From the NCBI GenBank assembly GCA_963791655.1, contig CAWBSZ010000001.1, positions 90,773 to 154,772 of the forward strand: a stretch of 64,000 nucleotides of DNA, read 5' to 3'. Origin of the DNA: an uncultured Chloroflexia bacterium (GTDB lineage Bacteria; Chloroflexota; Ktedonobacteria; Ktedonobacterales; Ktedonobacteraceae). The position numbers were made by a program, and so were the translations under genes. A model generated the notes under the pieces. The model saw only the letters and a program-made list of their open reading frames with translations. It did not search any database and had not been told where the DNA came from. Of the stretch, positions 41,289 through 51,632 are shown piece by piece. How positions within the stretch are numbered: position 1 is the first letter of the stretch; each line of letters begins with the position of its first letter.

Positions 41289-42140
41289 CTACTTTTGGCG
41301 AAGGCTTTGAATATAGTGTCTTACAGCCTCAGCTTGTGTTCCATCGGCATGTTTGTCAATCAAGTGTACAAGTGCGCTCCCAACAACGGCTCCGTCAGCA
41401 TACCTGGTTACTTCAGCGATATGCTCAGGGGTAGACAAGCCGAAGCCGATAGCTATTGGCAAATCCTTCGTATAGCCTTTGACACGTTCGATGAAGCTCT
41501 GTAAATGGGCTGGTAGTGAGGTACGGGAACCTGTGACACCACTCAGCGAGACACAATAGACAAAGCCACCTGTTTCACTCGCTGTTAGTTCCGCCACTTT
41601 CGCGATACGCTCGTCGGGCGTTGTCGGTGGTATCAAAAAGATCAGGGCAAGGCCATTCTTTTTGACTTCTTCCAGCAGCGGCTCTGCCTCTTCCATCGGT
41701 AAATCAGGAATAATTAGACCGTTGACACCATTTGCCTTCGCATCTTCGCAAAATCGTGCCAATCCATATGCCATAACTGGATTATAGTAGCCCATCAAGA
41801 GCAAAGGAACGGTGCTCTTTGCCGAAATTTGACGCGCGATCTCCATACAGCCACGAATGCTCATGCCACGCTCTAATGCGATGTGCCCAGCATGCTGAAT
41901 GGTTGCGCCATCTGCGAGTGGATCGCTGAATGGCATGCCTAGCTCGATGATATCCGCTCCACCTTCCGCAGCGGCGAGCATAATTTCGACACTTTGTTCC
42001 GCAGTGGGATAGCCACACATAAAATATGGAATAAGGACGCCACGCTTGGCTTGTCGAGCCTGCACAAAGGCTTGCGTAATTTTCGCGGCTGGTGTTGATG
42101 TATCTTGATGTTCAACTAGAACATCGTGTGTAAGTTCCAT
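41289..42140 (-). CDS. trpA: tryptophan synthase alpha chain
   Basis: Start at internal Met 42140 (GGAG upstream). GADIIELGMPFSDPLADG motif. The ORF-track extension to 42269 only translates a REP element. Confidence 0.9.
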   Translation of the reverse strand: MELTHDVLVEHQDTSTPAAKITQAFVQARQAKRGVLIPYFMCGYPTAEQSVEIMLAAAEGGADIIELGMPFSDPLADGATIQHAGHIALERGMSIRGCMEIARQISAKSTVPLLLMGYYNPVMAYGLARFCEDAKANGVNGLIIPDLPMEEAEPLLEEVKKNGLALIFLIPPTTPDERIAKVAELTASETGGFVYCVSLSGVTGSRTSLPAHLQSFIERVKGYTKDLPIAIGFGLSTPEHIAEVTRYADGAVVGSALVHLIDKHADGTQAEAVRHYIQSLRQK

Positions 42141-42167
42141 GAATAATCTCCTATACAAATATTTAAT

Positions 42168-42241
42168 GTAGGGCCGTAATTCATTACGCCCTACTGCCGC
42201 TTGTGGTGAGCGACGAGGGCGTAATGAATTATGGCCCCTAC
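42168..42241. repeat. pair of inverted 27-bp palindromic units (GTAGGGCCGTAATTCATTACGCCCTAC type)
   Basis: gtagggccgtaattcattacgccctac (42168-42194) and gagggcgtaatgaattatggcccctac (42215-42241). Confidence 0.75.
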
Positions 42242-42265
42242 GTCCAACGTGTTCATCGTATTTTC

Positions 42266-42943
42266 TCAAAACGCATGAGTATGCGTATCCGAAATGGCGA
42301 AGGCGCGTATTGGAAACGACGTACCACCTTTGATGGCTGGCGGGACAGCGAAAAAACGAAAATTTGGTGTCGAAAGTTGCTGTATGTTGCAGAGATGTTC
42401 AACGATTGGGATATCTGCTGCCAGCAAAATTGTATGCGCTGGTCGTGTAGTGTCCTCCATGTCGTCTATGTTCGCGCAGTCTATTCCCACAAGGGTAACG
42501 TTCGCCTCTACTAGAAACCTGCACGCTTCGGCAGTTAAAAACGGGCCGGAGCGGAAATAGCTGGAACTTCCCCAATGCGTTGACCAATCTGTGCGTACGA
42601 GGACGGCTTTTTGTGCAAGGTCGAGTCCTTGAAATGCATCTGGTCCTATCGCCCCATCATGCAAAACGGTGACAACAATTCCTGGTATATCCGCTAATTG
42701 CTTCAAGCGTAGTGTTGCGAGGTCGTGCCCTTGCGGATGGCGATGAAAGGGAGCATCGACATAGGTACCTGTATTCCCACCCATCTCATAGGTCGCGATT
42801 TGAAACGTTGTCCCTTGTGCATACGAGCCTCGGCTGACACTTTCATCATGTGTGAACCATGTATGAAAGTGTGGCTCTAAGAGACCTGGATAGGAGGGCA
42901 TTCCTGGCTCGAGCATGTGACTGAGATCAATAAGTTGTGTCAT
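42266..42943 (-). CDS. cyclase-family (kynurenine-formamidase-like) protein with an apparently degenerate metal motif
   Basis: 225 aa with a cyclase-family-like pattern. Where the family motif HxGTHxDxPxH is expected, the sequence reads NTGTYVDAPFH (alignment by eye). Confidence 0.65.
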   Translation of the reverse strand: MTQLIDLSHMLEPGMPSYPGLLEPHFHTWFTHDESVSRGSYAQGTTFQIATYEMGGNTGTYVDAPFHRHPQGHDLATLRLKQLADIPGIVVTVLHDGAIGPDAFQGLDLAQKAVLVRTDWSTHWGSSSYFRSGPFLTAEACRFLVEANVTLVGIDCANIDDMEDTTRPAHTILLAADIPIVEHLCNIQQLSTPNFRFFAVPPAIKGGTSFPIRAFAISDTHTHAF

Positions 42944-43010
42944 CTTTAAATTCCCTATAGCCTTTGGCTAGTGTTTGCCAATGTGTATGTGATGAGAATC
43001 GGCACAATTT

Positions 43011-43054
43011 CGCGCAATGAATTGCGCCGTGGACGCCGTAAACGTGGTCCCTAC
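43011..43054. repeat. solo REP arm (family 1 variant) preceded by a GCGCAATGAATTGCGC mini-hairpin
   Basis: cgcgcaatgaattgcgcc + gtggacgccgtaaacgtggtccctac. This resembles the right half of the 49724-49830 element. Confidence 0.6.
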
Positions 43055-43063
43055 GAAGGGGTA

Positions 43064-43774
43064 TTATTCGTTCGACATGATTGGATGTGTGCTATCTAAG
43101 ATACCAGACGTAAAGGTCCCGTTGGCATATTTTCGTAGGTGTTCGAGCAGGTCGTTGAGTGCGGCTTGTACATCGTGGCGTCCTTCCGCATGATGAGCCT
43201 CGACGGTGATAATCGCATTGGTGGTTGATGCTTGTGCGGCACTTTGTTCGCTTTGTCGCCAGCACCAACGACGAGCTATGACCAGCCCGGTCTCATCTGA
43301 GAAAATGACCTCGCCAATCTCTGGATGTTCTACTTCCTCCTGACCTAGTGTTGTATAACGCTCTGTACCTTTGGCGACATGCACAGTGACAGGTCCCTGC
43401 AATGTCTGGGTATCGAAGATGGCAACGGGTAGGGCATATCGAATGCTGACAAGATTTCCGATATCAACCAGTGTGTTGATGTTCGGAATATCGCCTTTTT
43501 TCGTGAGCCGACGGAGCAAGGCTTCGGCGGCACTTCGATACTGGGTTGGGTCGATACCAAAGCTACGAAAGACATTGCGCCATGCAGCTAATGATGCGAT
43601 CTGACTCAAAGGCGTCTGGCCGATGCGTTGTATAACCGCTTGTTGCTCTGCTTGATATGCAGTTTGAAGGCTCTCTGGTGTTGGCTCATTGGTAAGGCCT
43701 TGTGCCAGGATGACGCCTCCAATAACTGTTGGATAGCGCGTCAGTATTTCTTTGTCATACTGGAAGGTACTCAT
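43064..43774 (-). CDS. free-standing B3/B4 (PheT-like tRNA-binding) domain protein
   Basis: WRNVFRSFGIDPTQYRSAAEALLRRL...IPNINTLVDIGNLVSIRYALPVAIFD fits the B3_4 domain pattern from memory. Confidence 0.65.
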   Translation of the reverse strand: MSTFQYDKEILTRYPTVIGGVILAQGLTNEPTPESLQTAYQAEQQAVIQRIGQTPLSQIASLAAWRNVFRSFGIDPTQYRSAAEALLRRLTKKGDIPNINTLVDIGNLVSIRYALPVAIFDTQTLQGPVTVHVAKGTERYTTLGQEEVEHPEIGEVIFSDETGLVIARRWCWRQSEQSAAQASTTNAIITVEAHHAEGRHDVQAALNDLLEHLRKYANGTFTSGILDSTHPIMSNE

Positions 43775-43783
43775 TGTTTTTTC

Positions 43784-45016
43784 CTACACATTCACATTCA
43801 AGGCTTTTGCCACCGTAATCACGTCTTTGTCACCGCGTCCAGAAAGGTTGACGACGATCAGCGAATTGGCGGGAATTCTGCCCTGTTCACCCATTTCTAA
43901 CAGGTAGCCAAGCGCATGTGCAGGTTCCAAAGCTGGAATGATACCCTCGGTCTGGCTCAGTGCTTGCAGACCGCGTAACGCGCTTGCGTCGGTCGCGGAC
44001 ACATAGGTTGCACGGCCTGAGTCGCGCATGTAGCTGTGTTCTGGTCCGACACCGGGGTAGTCGAGACCCGCGGAAATGCTTTGTGTATCAAGTACCTGCC
44101 CATCTTCGTTTTGTAGCAGGTAGCTTAACGCTCCATGCAATACTCCAGGTGAACCTAACGAGAGGGTCGCAGCGTGTTCACCGACCTTTGCACCTGATCC
44201 TCCCGCCTCGACCCCAAGCAACTTCACTTCTGGTACATCAGCGAATGGATAGAACATGCCTATCGCGTTACTGCCGCCCCCGACACAGGCGATAATCATA
44301 TCTGGCAAGCGGCCAGCCTGCTGTAGAATTTGCTTCCGTGCCTCGATCCCGATGATAGATTGGTAGTCACGTACGATACGTGGGTAAGGATGTGGGCCAA
44401 CGGCTGAGCCGATGATATAGTAGGTTGACTCTACATTTGTGACCCAATCACGAATCGCCTCATTGGTGGCATCCTTTAACGTGCGTGTCCCACTGCTGAC
44501 AGGCAGTACCTTTGCGCCCAACAATTTCATGCGAAAGACGTTGAGCGATTGACGTTCGATATCAACATCGCCCATATAGACAATACATTCGAGACCGAGC
44601 ATCGCGCATACCGTCGCGGTTGCCACGCCATGTTGTCCGGCACCAGTTTCAGCGATAATGCGTTTCTTACCCATCCGCTTTGCCAACAAGCCCTGACCGA
44701 GCGCGTTATTGATTTTATGTGCTCCCGTATGCGCGAGGTCTTCGCGTTTGAGATATATCTTCACGTCGGGCGCAACCATTGCGGAGAAACGTGGTACATA
44801 GTGTAGGGTTGTTGGACGCCCGACAAAGCTATGGAGTTGTGCGGCTAATTCGGCCTGAAATTCTGCATCGTGTTGTGACTCATTATATGCATTCTCTAGT
44901 TCAGTCAAGGCTGACATGAGGCTTTCGGGAACGAATTTACCGCCGAATGCGCCGAAGCGTCCTCGCTCGTCCGGGTAGACGTTATGCTGGTAAGTGGCTT
45001 TATCTTGTATTTGCAT
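43784..45016 (-). CDS. trpB: tryptophan synthase beta chain
   Basis: PLP-lysine motif HTGAHKINN. 410 aa. Confidence 0.9.
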   Translation of the reverse strand: MQIQDKATYQHNVYPDERGRFGAFGGKFVPESLMSALTELENAYNESQHDAEFQAELAAQLHSFVGRPTTLHYVPRFSAMVAPDVKIYLKREDLAHTGAHKINNALGQGLLAKRMGKKRIIAETGAGQHGVATATVCAMLGLECIVYMGDVDIERQSLNVFRMKLLGAKVLPVSSGTRTLKDATNEAIRDWVTNVESTYYIIGSAVGPHPYPRIVRDYQSIIGIEARKQILQQAGRLPDMIIACVGGGSNAIGMFYPFADVPEVKLLGVEAGGSGAKVGEHAATLSLGSPGVLHGALSYLLQNEDGQVLDTQSISAGLDYPGVGPEHSYMRDSGRATYVSATDASALRGLQALSQTEGIIPALEPAHALGYLLEMGEQGRIPANSLIVVNLSGRGDKDVITVAKALNVNV

Positions 45017-46445
45017 GTTCTTCCTTCTTTATTGTTGTCGCGCGTACATTCTCGATGAATGCCCGTATTTTAGCGTTATCTTTTTGTTTCTCTGTTTCGA
45101 CGCCACTACTGACATCGACGCCCCATGGCTGAACCTGGTGCAGTGCCTGAGAAATATTCTCTGGCGTCAAACCTCCTGCCAGGAAGATGCGTGTCTCACG
45201 AGCGATTTCGCTGGCAAGGTTCCAATCGTGCGTTATCCCTGTACCACCCCACTGTGGCGTAGGCGTGTCGAGCAGAAGTCGCCATGCAACATCTTTATAT
45301 TGTGCTACTGGGGTGAGGTCCGCCTGGCTCTTAAGCGGAATCGCTTTAATCACCGGACGTATGATATGTTGGAAAAATTCAGGTGGTTCTGTACCATGGA
45401 GTTGTACGTAGTGTAGCCCTGCCTCCTCAATCACATCGTTGATAAAGTTGATTTCTTTATTGACAAATACACCAACAAGGTCGGGCTGTACCTGCTCTTT
45501 TAATGTCGATAGTGCGGTCGTAAGAACTTCTCTCACGTGTCGAGGCTGAATATAACGATGGCTGGGTTCATAGAAAATGAAGCCAAGCATATCTGCCCCT
45601 GCTTCGATCGCTGTCTGAATATGTTCAGGGTCACGCAGTCCACAGATTTTCACTTGCGTACTTGCGTTCGCACCCTGCAAAAGCATCTGCATTTGCGCGG
45701 GTACGTCGTTTGAGACGACAAGTGACTCTCCAACAAGCATGCCTTGCACATCGTATCGTGCTAAGCGGCGTGCATCGGCTACCGAATGAATACCACTTTC
45801 GGCAATCACAATGCGGTTGGTGGGGATGATGGAGCGAATATCACGTATAAGATACGGGTTCATCTTGAATGTAACCAGATCACGACTGTTGACGCCGATA
45901 ACCATCGCGCCAGCGTCTACAGCACGTTGTGCCTCCTCGCGGCTATGGACCTCAACAAGACAACGCATATGCATTGTATGAGCAACTGAGAGCAGATGTC
46001 GTAGTTGCGTATCGTCCAGGATAGCGCAAATGAGCAAGATAGCGTCGGCTCCCCATGCTCGCGCCTCATAGACTTGATAGTCGTCGATGATAAAGTCTTT
46101 GCGTAACACCGGAATACGTACCGCTTGCTTGATAGCTGTAAGATGTTCTGATGAGCCTAGAAAGAAATGTGGTTCGGTCAAGACTGAAATAACCGACGCT
46201 CCGTTGGCTTCATAGGTTTGCGCAAGTTCTACGGGATTTAGATTTGGAGCAAGCAAGCCTTTTGATGGTGAGGCGCGCTTGACCTCAGCTATCAGATGGA
46301 CACGTGAGCGAGGCGTGAATGCTGACACAAGATCACGTGGTGGTGCTTGTTGAGCAGCGAGACGCTGTAGCTCTACAAGCGGATAGTCGATTTTGCGCTG
46401 TACCAAGTCGGCGCGTGTTTGAGTCACAATGCGATCAAGAAACAT
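45000..46445 (-). CDS. trpCF: bifunctional indole-3-glycerol-phosphate synthase / phosphoribosylanthranilate isomerase
   Basis: IGPS motif [10 protein letters not shown] in the N-terminal half. PRAI-like half starts at VKICGL. Overlaps the trpB start by 17 nt. Confidence 0.85.
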   Translation of the reverse strand: MFLDRIVTQTRADLVQRKIDYPLVELQRLAAQQAPPRDLVSAFTPRSRVHLIAEVKRASPSKGLLAPNLNPVELAQTYEANGASVISVLTEPHFFLGSSEHLTAIKQAVRIPVLRKDFIIDDYQVYEARAWGADAILLICAILDDTQLRHLLSVAHTMHMRCLVEVHSREEAQRAVDAGAMVIGVNSRDLVTFKMNPYLIRDIRSIIPTNRIVIAESGIHSVADARRLARYDVQGMLVGESLVVSNDVPAQMQMLLQGANASTQVKICGLRDPEHIQTAIEAGADMLGFIFYEPSHRYIQPRHVREVLTTALSTLKEQVQPDLVGVFVNKEINFINDVIEEAGLHYVQLHGTEPPEFFQHIIRPVIKAIPLKSQADLTPVAQYKDVAWRLLLDTPTPQWGGTGITHDWNLASEIARETRIFLAGGLTPENISQALHQVQPWGVDVSSGVETEKQKDNAKIRAFIENVRATTIKKEEHANTR

Positions 46446-46516
46446 GGGACACCTTGCAATCTATGTAAATGTTACCAGGAACGCCGCAAAATTACAGCGA
46501 ACTTCTAGCTGAATGA

Positions 46517-47557
46517 CTAACCATGACGTTGTGTGCAGGCAATGACATCGGCAAGTTTTTGCTTAGCCTTGCCTTCACGTAGAGTGGTACGCGCTAATTT
46601 GACACCATCCGCTAATGTTTCAACCTGCTCATTAGCGAGTAAAGCTGCGCCAGCGTTCAGGCATAGCATATGTGTTGCGGGCACATCGACATAGCCGCCA
46701 AGCAGCTCACGCAGAATGGTAGCATTATGAGCAGGGTCGCCGCCCTGGAAGGCTTGCTGATCTGTGATGCTGGTCAGTCCCACTTCTTCTGGCGTGATGG
46801 TGTATTCGCGCAAATCCTCGCCCTGGCGCACTTCACAAATATGGGTGGGCGCACTTAGAGAACACTCATCGACGCCATCTTCGCCATGCACGATCAGGGC
46901 ATGCTTGCAGCCAAGGTGCAGCAAGACCTCGCCCATTTTGCGCAACAACGAGCCATCAGCGACCCCGAGCACTTGATATTGCGCATGTGCTGGATTGGTG
47001 AGTGGGCCAAGAATATTGAAGACGGTACGGATACCGATTTCGCGCCGTGTCGGGCCAACATGCTTCATCGCGGGATGAAAAGCTGGCGCGAACATGAACC
47101 CAAAGCCAACCTCTTGTACACATTTTGCTACCTGTTCGGGTCCGAGGTCAATCTTCGCGCCCAACGCTTCTAGCACATCGGCACTCCCACAGCGGCTTGT
47201 CGCGGAACGGTTGCCATGCTTCGCAACCGAAGCACCTGTCGCGGCTGCCACGATGCCTGCCGCTGTCGAGACGTTGAAGGTGCCTGAGCCATCGCCACCT
47301 GTGCCACAGGTATCCATCGCATGGGAAGCAATGCGCTCGTCGAGGTGGACATGGACCGACTTTTCACGCATGACACGCGCCATGCCCGCGATTTCCTCAA
47401 CGGTTTCGTGGCCCGGACGTAGATGTAGGGCTGTAAGGAACGCACCCATTTGTGAGGACGTTGCCGCACCTGTCATAATCTCTTCCATTACTGTTGCCGC
47501 TTCAGACTCGCTTAGTGCTGCTCCAGCGGCGACATGGGTAATAGCCTCTCAAATCAT
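46517..47557 (-). CDS. trpD: anthranilate phosphoribosyltransferase with an in-frame TGA at codon 3
   Basis: CGTGGDGSGTFNVST motif. The best start is ATG at 47555-47557, six nt after AAGGAG. It is followed by ATT and then TGA (47549-47551), and the same frame continues EAITHVAAGAALSESEAATVMEEIMTG, matching the usual TrpD N-terminus. The uninterrupted ORF starts only at 47488. Confidence 0.8.
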
Positions 47558-47575
47558 GGTTTTCTCCTTGCGTGT

Positions 47576-48139
47576 TTATCGCTCAAGAAAATTTCTTAGC
47601 AAGTCCTTGCCTACAGGGGTCATAATTGACTCAGGATGAAACTGAACGCCTTCAACGGGGTAGGTCCGATGCTTGAGTCCCATAATAAGGCCGTCATCCG
47701 TTTCGGCTGTAATCATGAGTACATCAGGCAGGGTTGCGCGTTCGACGATGAGACTATGATAGCGGTTGGCCTCAAAGGGCTGTGGCAAGCCACGAAAAAC
47801 GCCTTGTTCGGAGTGATGCATCGGTGATGTTTTACCATGCATCGGCTCTGGTGCGCGAATGACACGCCCTCCATAGACCTGCCCAATTGATTGATGCCCG
47901 AGACAGACACCGAGTAGCGGGATGCGTGGTCCAAAGGTTTCGATGACCTGACACGAGAGTCCAGCCTCGTTTGGTGTACACGGTCCGGGGGAGACGACAA
48001 TATGGTCAGGTTGCAGTGTTTCGATCTCGTCAAGTGTAATTTGATCGTTGCGATGTACCTGTACGTCAGCACCGAGTTCAGAGAGATATTGGTACAGGTT
48101 ATAGGTAAAACTGTCGTAGTTATCAAGGAGTAGCAACAT
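47576..48139 (-). CDS. trpG: anthranilate synthase component II (glutamine amidotransferase)
   Basis: Catalytic LGVCLGHQ. 187 aa. Confidence 0.85.
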   Translation of the reverse strand: MLLLLDNYDSFTYNLYQYLSELGADVQVHRNDQITLDEIETLQPDHIVVSPGPCTPNEAGLSCQVIETFGPRIPLLGVCLGHQSIGQVYGGRVIRAPEPMHGKTSPMHHSEQGVFRGLPQPFEANRYHSLIVERATLPDVLMITAETDDGLIMGLKHRTYPVEGVQFHPESIMTPVGKDLLRNFLER

Positions 48140-48141
48140 AA

Positions 48142-49695
48142 CTAACCTCTTCCTCCTTCTCTGTGCGTCTTCGCGATAAGTTCAGCCTCATCAAGGGCAC
48201 GTAACAAGGCTTTCGCTTTATTCAGACTTTCTTGATATTCCGCGGCGGGATCGGAGTCTGCAACAACACCACAACCAGCTTGAATATAGGCACGTCCATC
48301 CTTCATGACCATTGTACGCAGGGCAATCGCGGTTTCCTGGTTGCCTCCATGACTGAAATAGCCTACCGCACCTGCGTAGATACCGCGTTGCTCACCCTCA
48401 AGCTCACTGATAATCTCCATTGCGCAAATCTTGGGTGCGCCTGAAACGGTGCCAGCAGGAAAGCCAGCACGTTGCGCATCATAAGGTGTCATATCTTTGC
48501 GTAGTTGTCCTGTCACGTTTGAGACAAGATGCATAACATGCGAGTAACGTTCGATCTCCATCAGTTCACTAACCTGGACAGTTCCGGGGATACTGACACG
48601 TCCCACATCGTTACGTGCGAGGTCAATCAACATGACATGCTCGGCTCGTTCCTTGGGGTCGCTTTGCAACTCTCTAGCGAGAGCTTCGTCGCTCTGTCTA
48701 TCCAATCCACGTGGACGTGTACCCGCGATTGGGCGGATAGTCACTTCATTGTCCTCGAACCGTACGAGTAGTTCGGGTGAGGCACCAACAATATGGAATT
48801 CGTTCAGGTCGAGATAGAACATATACGGTGAAGGGTTGATAGCGCGTAACGCACGATACACAGTGAATGGTGATGCATTGACATGGCGACTCAAGCGTTG
48901 CGAGGGCACGACCTGGAAAACATCGCCTGCTTTGATGTACTCTATCGAGCGACGTACCATGTCTTCAAATTCGCTTTGTGTGTGGTTGGATGTGACGCGT
49001 AGCGCTGCCGCATCATGAATTGGTTCTGGTTCTTCTGGCACACGTACTGGCTGACTCAAGCGGTGTTGTACATCGTCGATAATCGCGATACCACGCTTGT
49101 ATTCTGCTTCAAAATTGGGTGCGTCAAGGTGTAGGTGCGTGACAATGCGGACGCGATGCTTGACGTGATCGAAGACGAGCAACGTTTCAGTGAAGCAAAA
49201 AACGGCTAATGGCAGACCAAGTTCGCTCTTTTCCGGCATGGGAAGACGCTCAAAGCGTGCAACCGAGTCATAGGAGAGATAACCAACGGCCCCACCATGA
49301 AACGTAGGCAGTTCGTCACGTGCAGCCCCTTTATAGTCTACAAGTTGAAATTGCCCAAGTTCAGACTCGATAAACGCGAGAGGGTCATGGCAATGAATGT
49401 CTTCATTTGTCGCTGTATCGCCATGCATTCGACGGAGTGTCGCCGTTTCCCCACGATGCGTCATGACCATATAGGGATCGATGCCGATAAACGAATAGCG
49501 GGCCACGCGCTCGCCTCCGCTTACACTCTCAAGCAGAAAGCTATACGGACGTTGCGCGGTTTTGCAGTATGCAGAAACGGGTGTCTCCATATCCGCCAGG
49601 ATGTCACGATACAGTGGAAGCAATGGACGTTTCCCTGTGTTGATACTTGAGGTGTCACGGAGCCGTTGTGTTTCCTCGAACGTTGGATAATACAT
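48142..49695 (-). CDS. trpE: anthranilate synthase component I
   Basis: 517 aa with the chorismate-binding C-terminal domain ([21 protein letters not shown]). Confidence 0.9.
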   Translation of the reverse strand: MYYPTFEETQRLRDTSSINTGKRPLLPLYRDILADMETPVSAYCKTAQRPYSFLLESVSGGERVARYSFIGIDPYMVMTHRGETATLRRMHGDTATNEDIHCHDPLAFIESELGQFQLVDYKGAARDELPTFHGGAVGYLSYDSVARFERLPMPEKSELGLPLAVFCFTETLLVFDHVKHRVRIVTHLHLDAPNFEAEYKRGIAIIDDVQHRLSQPVRVPEEPEPIHDAAALRVTSNHTQSEFEDMVRRSIEYIKAGDVFQVVPSQRLSRHVNASPFTVYRALRAINPSPYMFYLDLNEFHIVGASPELLVRFEDNEVTIRPIAGTRPRGLDRQSDEALARELQSDPKERAEHVMLIDLARNDVGRVSIPGTVQVSELMEIERYSHVMHLVSNVTGQLRKDMTPYDAQRAGFPAGTVSGAPKICAMEIISELEGEQRGIYAGAVGYFSHGGNQETAIALRTMVMKDGRAYIQAGCGVVADSDPAAEYQESLNKAKALLRALDEAELIAKTHREGGRG

Positions 49696-49723
49696 GTCTT
49701 ATATCTTTCTATATGTCTCCTTC

Positions 49724-49830
49724 GTAGGGACCAGATTTATCGCGTCCAAAGCGCAATTCATTGCGCGAGATTGTGACATTGAACGTATATGCGATAAATC
49801 GACCGTGGACGCGATAAATCTGGTCCCTAC
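49724..49830. repeat. composite REPIN-like element, family 1 variant, between trpS and trpE
   Basis: GTAGGGACCAGATTTATCGCGTCC ... GGACGCGATAAATCTGGTCCCTAC. It encloses a gcgcaattcattgcgcg mini-hairpin and an extra partial arm gcgataaatcgaccgtggac. Confidence 0.85.
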
Positions 49831-49844
49831 GAAAGAGGAGAGTA

Positions 49845-50882
49845 TCAGCCAAGCCCGACAACATTTTTGATATCGCGCATGGTGGCTTCTGCGAGTGGTC
49901 GTACCTCGTCTGCCCCTTGCTTGAGAATACTTTCCAGCGTTGGTAGGTCGTTGATGAGTTCGTAATAGCGTTTCTGGATTGGCTCAAGTGTGGTCACAAG
50001 ACGATCTGTGACGACGGCTTTGACTGCACCATAGCCATTACCTGCGAACTCGGCTTCGATATCCTCCTGTGATATGCCTGTGAGCATTTGATAGATGGTC
50101 AGAAGGTTAGTGATACCCGGACGTTGTGGATCAAACGTCGCAAGACGTTCAGAGTCGGTAGTGGCACGGCCAATCTTTTGTTTGATCGTCTTAGCATCAT
50201 CAAGTAGATTAATGCGTGACGCTGAATTGATCGCGCTCTTACTCATCTTGCTTGTGGGATCGTCGAGTGCCATAATGCGTGCGCCAACCTGACGAATTTG
50301 CCCTTCTGGAATGGTGAACACTTGCTTGTTATAGCGGGCGTTGAAGCGTTGCGCGAGGTCGCGCGTCAGTTCGATGTGCTGACGCTGGTCATCGCCGACG
50401 GGTACAAAATGCGTCTGGTACAGCAGAATATCGCATGCCATCAAGACGGGATAGCAGTACAAACCAGTGTCCACACTATCCGCATGATCGCCCGCCTTTG
50501 TTTTGAACTGTGTCATGCAATTCAACCAGCCCATTGGCGTGAAGCAATTCATAATCCAGCTTGCTTCAGCATGCTCTCGGACGTGTGATTGCACGAACAG
50601 TTTGCAATAGCGTGTGTCCAGGCCACAGGCGAGGTAGAGCGCGGCAAGCTTTCGTGTGTTCATGTGTAATTCTTGTGGGTCAATTGGTAGCGTGATGGCA
50701 TGAAGATCGACGATACAAAAAATGTTCTCGTATTCGGTTTGTGCTGTGACCCAGTTGCGAATAGCTCCTAAATAGTTGCCCAGGTGAATATTGCCTGTTG
50801 GTTGTACGCCTGAGAAAACTCTTTTCTTGACAGGTGTTGTGTCGGCAACAGGCTTTGTGGCTCGACTGATATCGATTGACAT
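49845..50882 (-). CDS. trpS: tryptophan--tRNA ligase
   Basis: Start at ATG 50882 after GGAGG. GVQPTGNIHLGNYLG (HIGH region) and KMSKS. Confidence 0.9.
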   Translation of the reverse strand: MSIDISRATKPVADTTPVKKRVFSGVQPTGNIHLGNYLGAIRNWVTAQTEYENIFCIVDLHAITLPIDPQELHMNTRKLAALYLACGLDTRYCKLFVQSHVREHAEASWIMNCFTPMGWLNCMTQFKTKAGDHADSVDTGLYCYPVLMACDILLYQTHFVPVGDDQRQHIELTRDLAQRFNARYNKQVFTIPEGQIRQVGARIMALDDPTSKMSKSAINSASRINLLDDAKTIKQKIGRATTDSERLATFDPQRPGITNLLTIYQMLTGISQEDIEAEFAGNGYGAVKAVVTDRLVTTLEPIQKRYYELINDLPTLESILKQGADEVRPLAEATMRDIKNVVGLG

Positions 50883-50928
50883 GATGCATCCTCCATCAAC
50901 AGTGTAAGAGACCTGAAAAATAAGCAAT

Positions 50929-50957
50929 AAAAAACGCCCCTCATCCACACAGGGACG
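50929..50957 (-). terminator. intrinsic terminator of the T-box leader
   Basis: cgtccct-N9-aggggcg followed by TTTTTT (minus strand). It competes with the T-box antiterminator. Confidence 0.6.
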
Positions 50958-51278
50958 AGAAGCGCGAAGCTTTCGTGGTACCACCCTCATTCAGACTACC
51001 CGCCTATGTAATCCATACTAGCGAGTACTCTCTTCATTTGCCGGATACATAGCGTGAAGCTCTTTTGAGCAGATACGTAGATATCCTGTCCTCGATAACG
51101 GGGGACATTCCGATAAAGCACTACTTGTTCGTCACACAAAGATGATGAATGTTCGTCTTTCGCTCCCAGGTCCATTCGATAACCGCAATGGTGTCGGTTT
51201 TCACCAGCCCGACTCTCTGTGCCCCTTGTAAGGCTATGTACTCTTCCTGTTCGATGCGTTCAGTATTCGGTTGTGTAT
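50929..51278 (-). promoter_or_regulatory. T-box leader (tRNA-Trp sensing riboswitch) upstream of trpS
   Basis: Minus strand has the Stem I elements GGAAGAGTA and CAGAGAGTCGGGCTGGTGAAAACCG. The specifier context is GAA-UGG-A (UGG = plus-strand cca at 51172-51174). The T-box core AATGAGGGTGGTACCACG lies at 50974-50991, followed by a terminator hairpin and T6. Confidence 0.8.
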
Positions 51279-51284
51279 ACATGC

Positions 51285-51313
51285 AGTATAGTGTGATTTA
51301 CCAAATGTGTCAA
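51285..51313 (-). promoter_or_regulatory. sigma-70-like promoter of the T-box/trpS transcript
   Basis: On the minus strand: TTGACA (51313-51308), a 17-nt spacer, then TATACT (51290-51285). Confidence 0.55.
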
Positions 51314-51632
51314 GTATAAATTTTAACGCAAAATAGATAACCTCTTGTAAAACGAGCTTTTATCGTGCATACTATGCTTAACAGCATAGAAAGCTCAGAA
51401 CTTCTGAGTTAGTTTATTCTGTATCGGTTGCCCACGAGAGCCACTATAGTACCTACCAACCTTTGACCACATTCCACCTCGAAGGCGAGGAAAAGGTGAA
51501 ACCAGAATAGCCGCGAGTTAGAAATTCTCTAGCCTCGTAGCCACGCTGGGAGCACCAACGGTTGTACCTCTTTGTACAGCTTTGTAGTGTGTCGTGTTAC
51601 TCGATGTGTTCTTACCATCAGTAGGAGGACTA

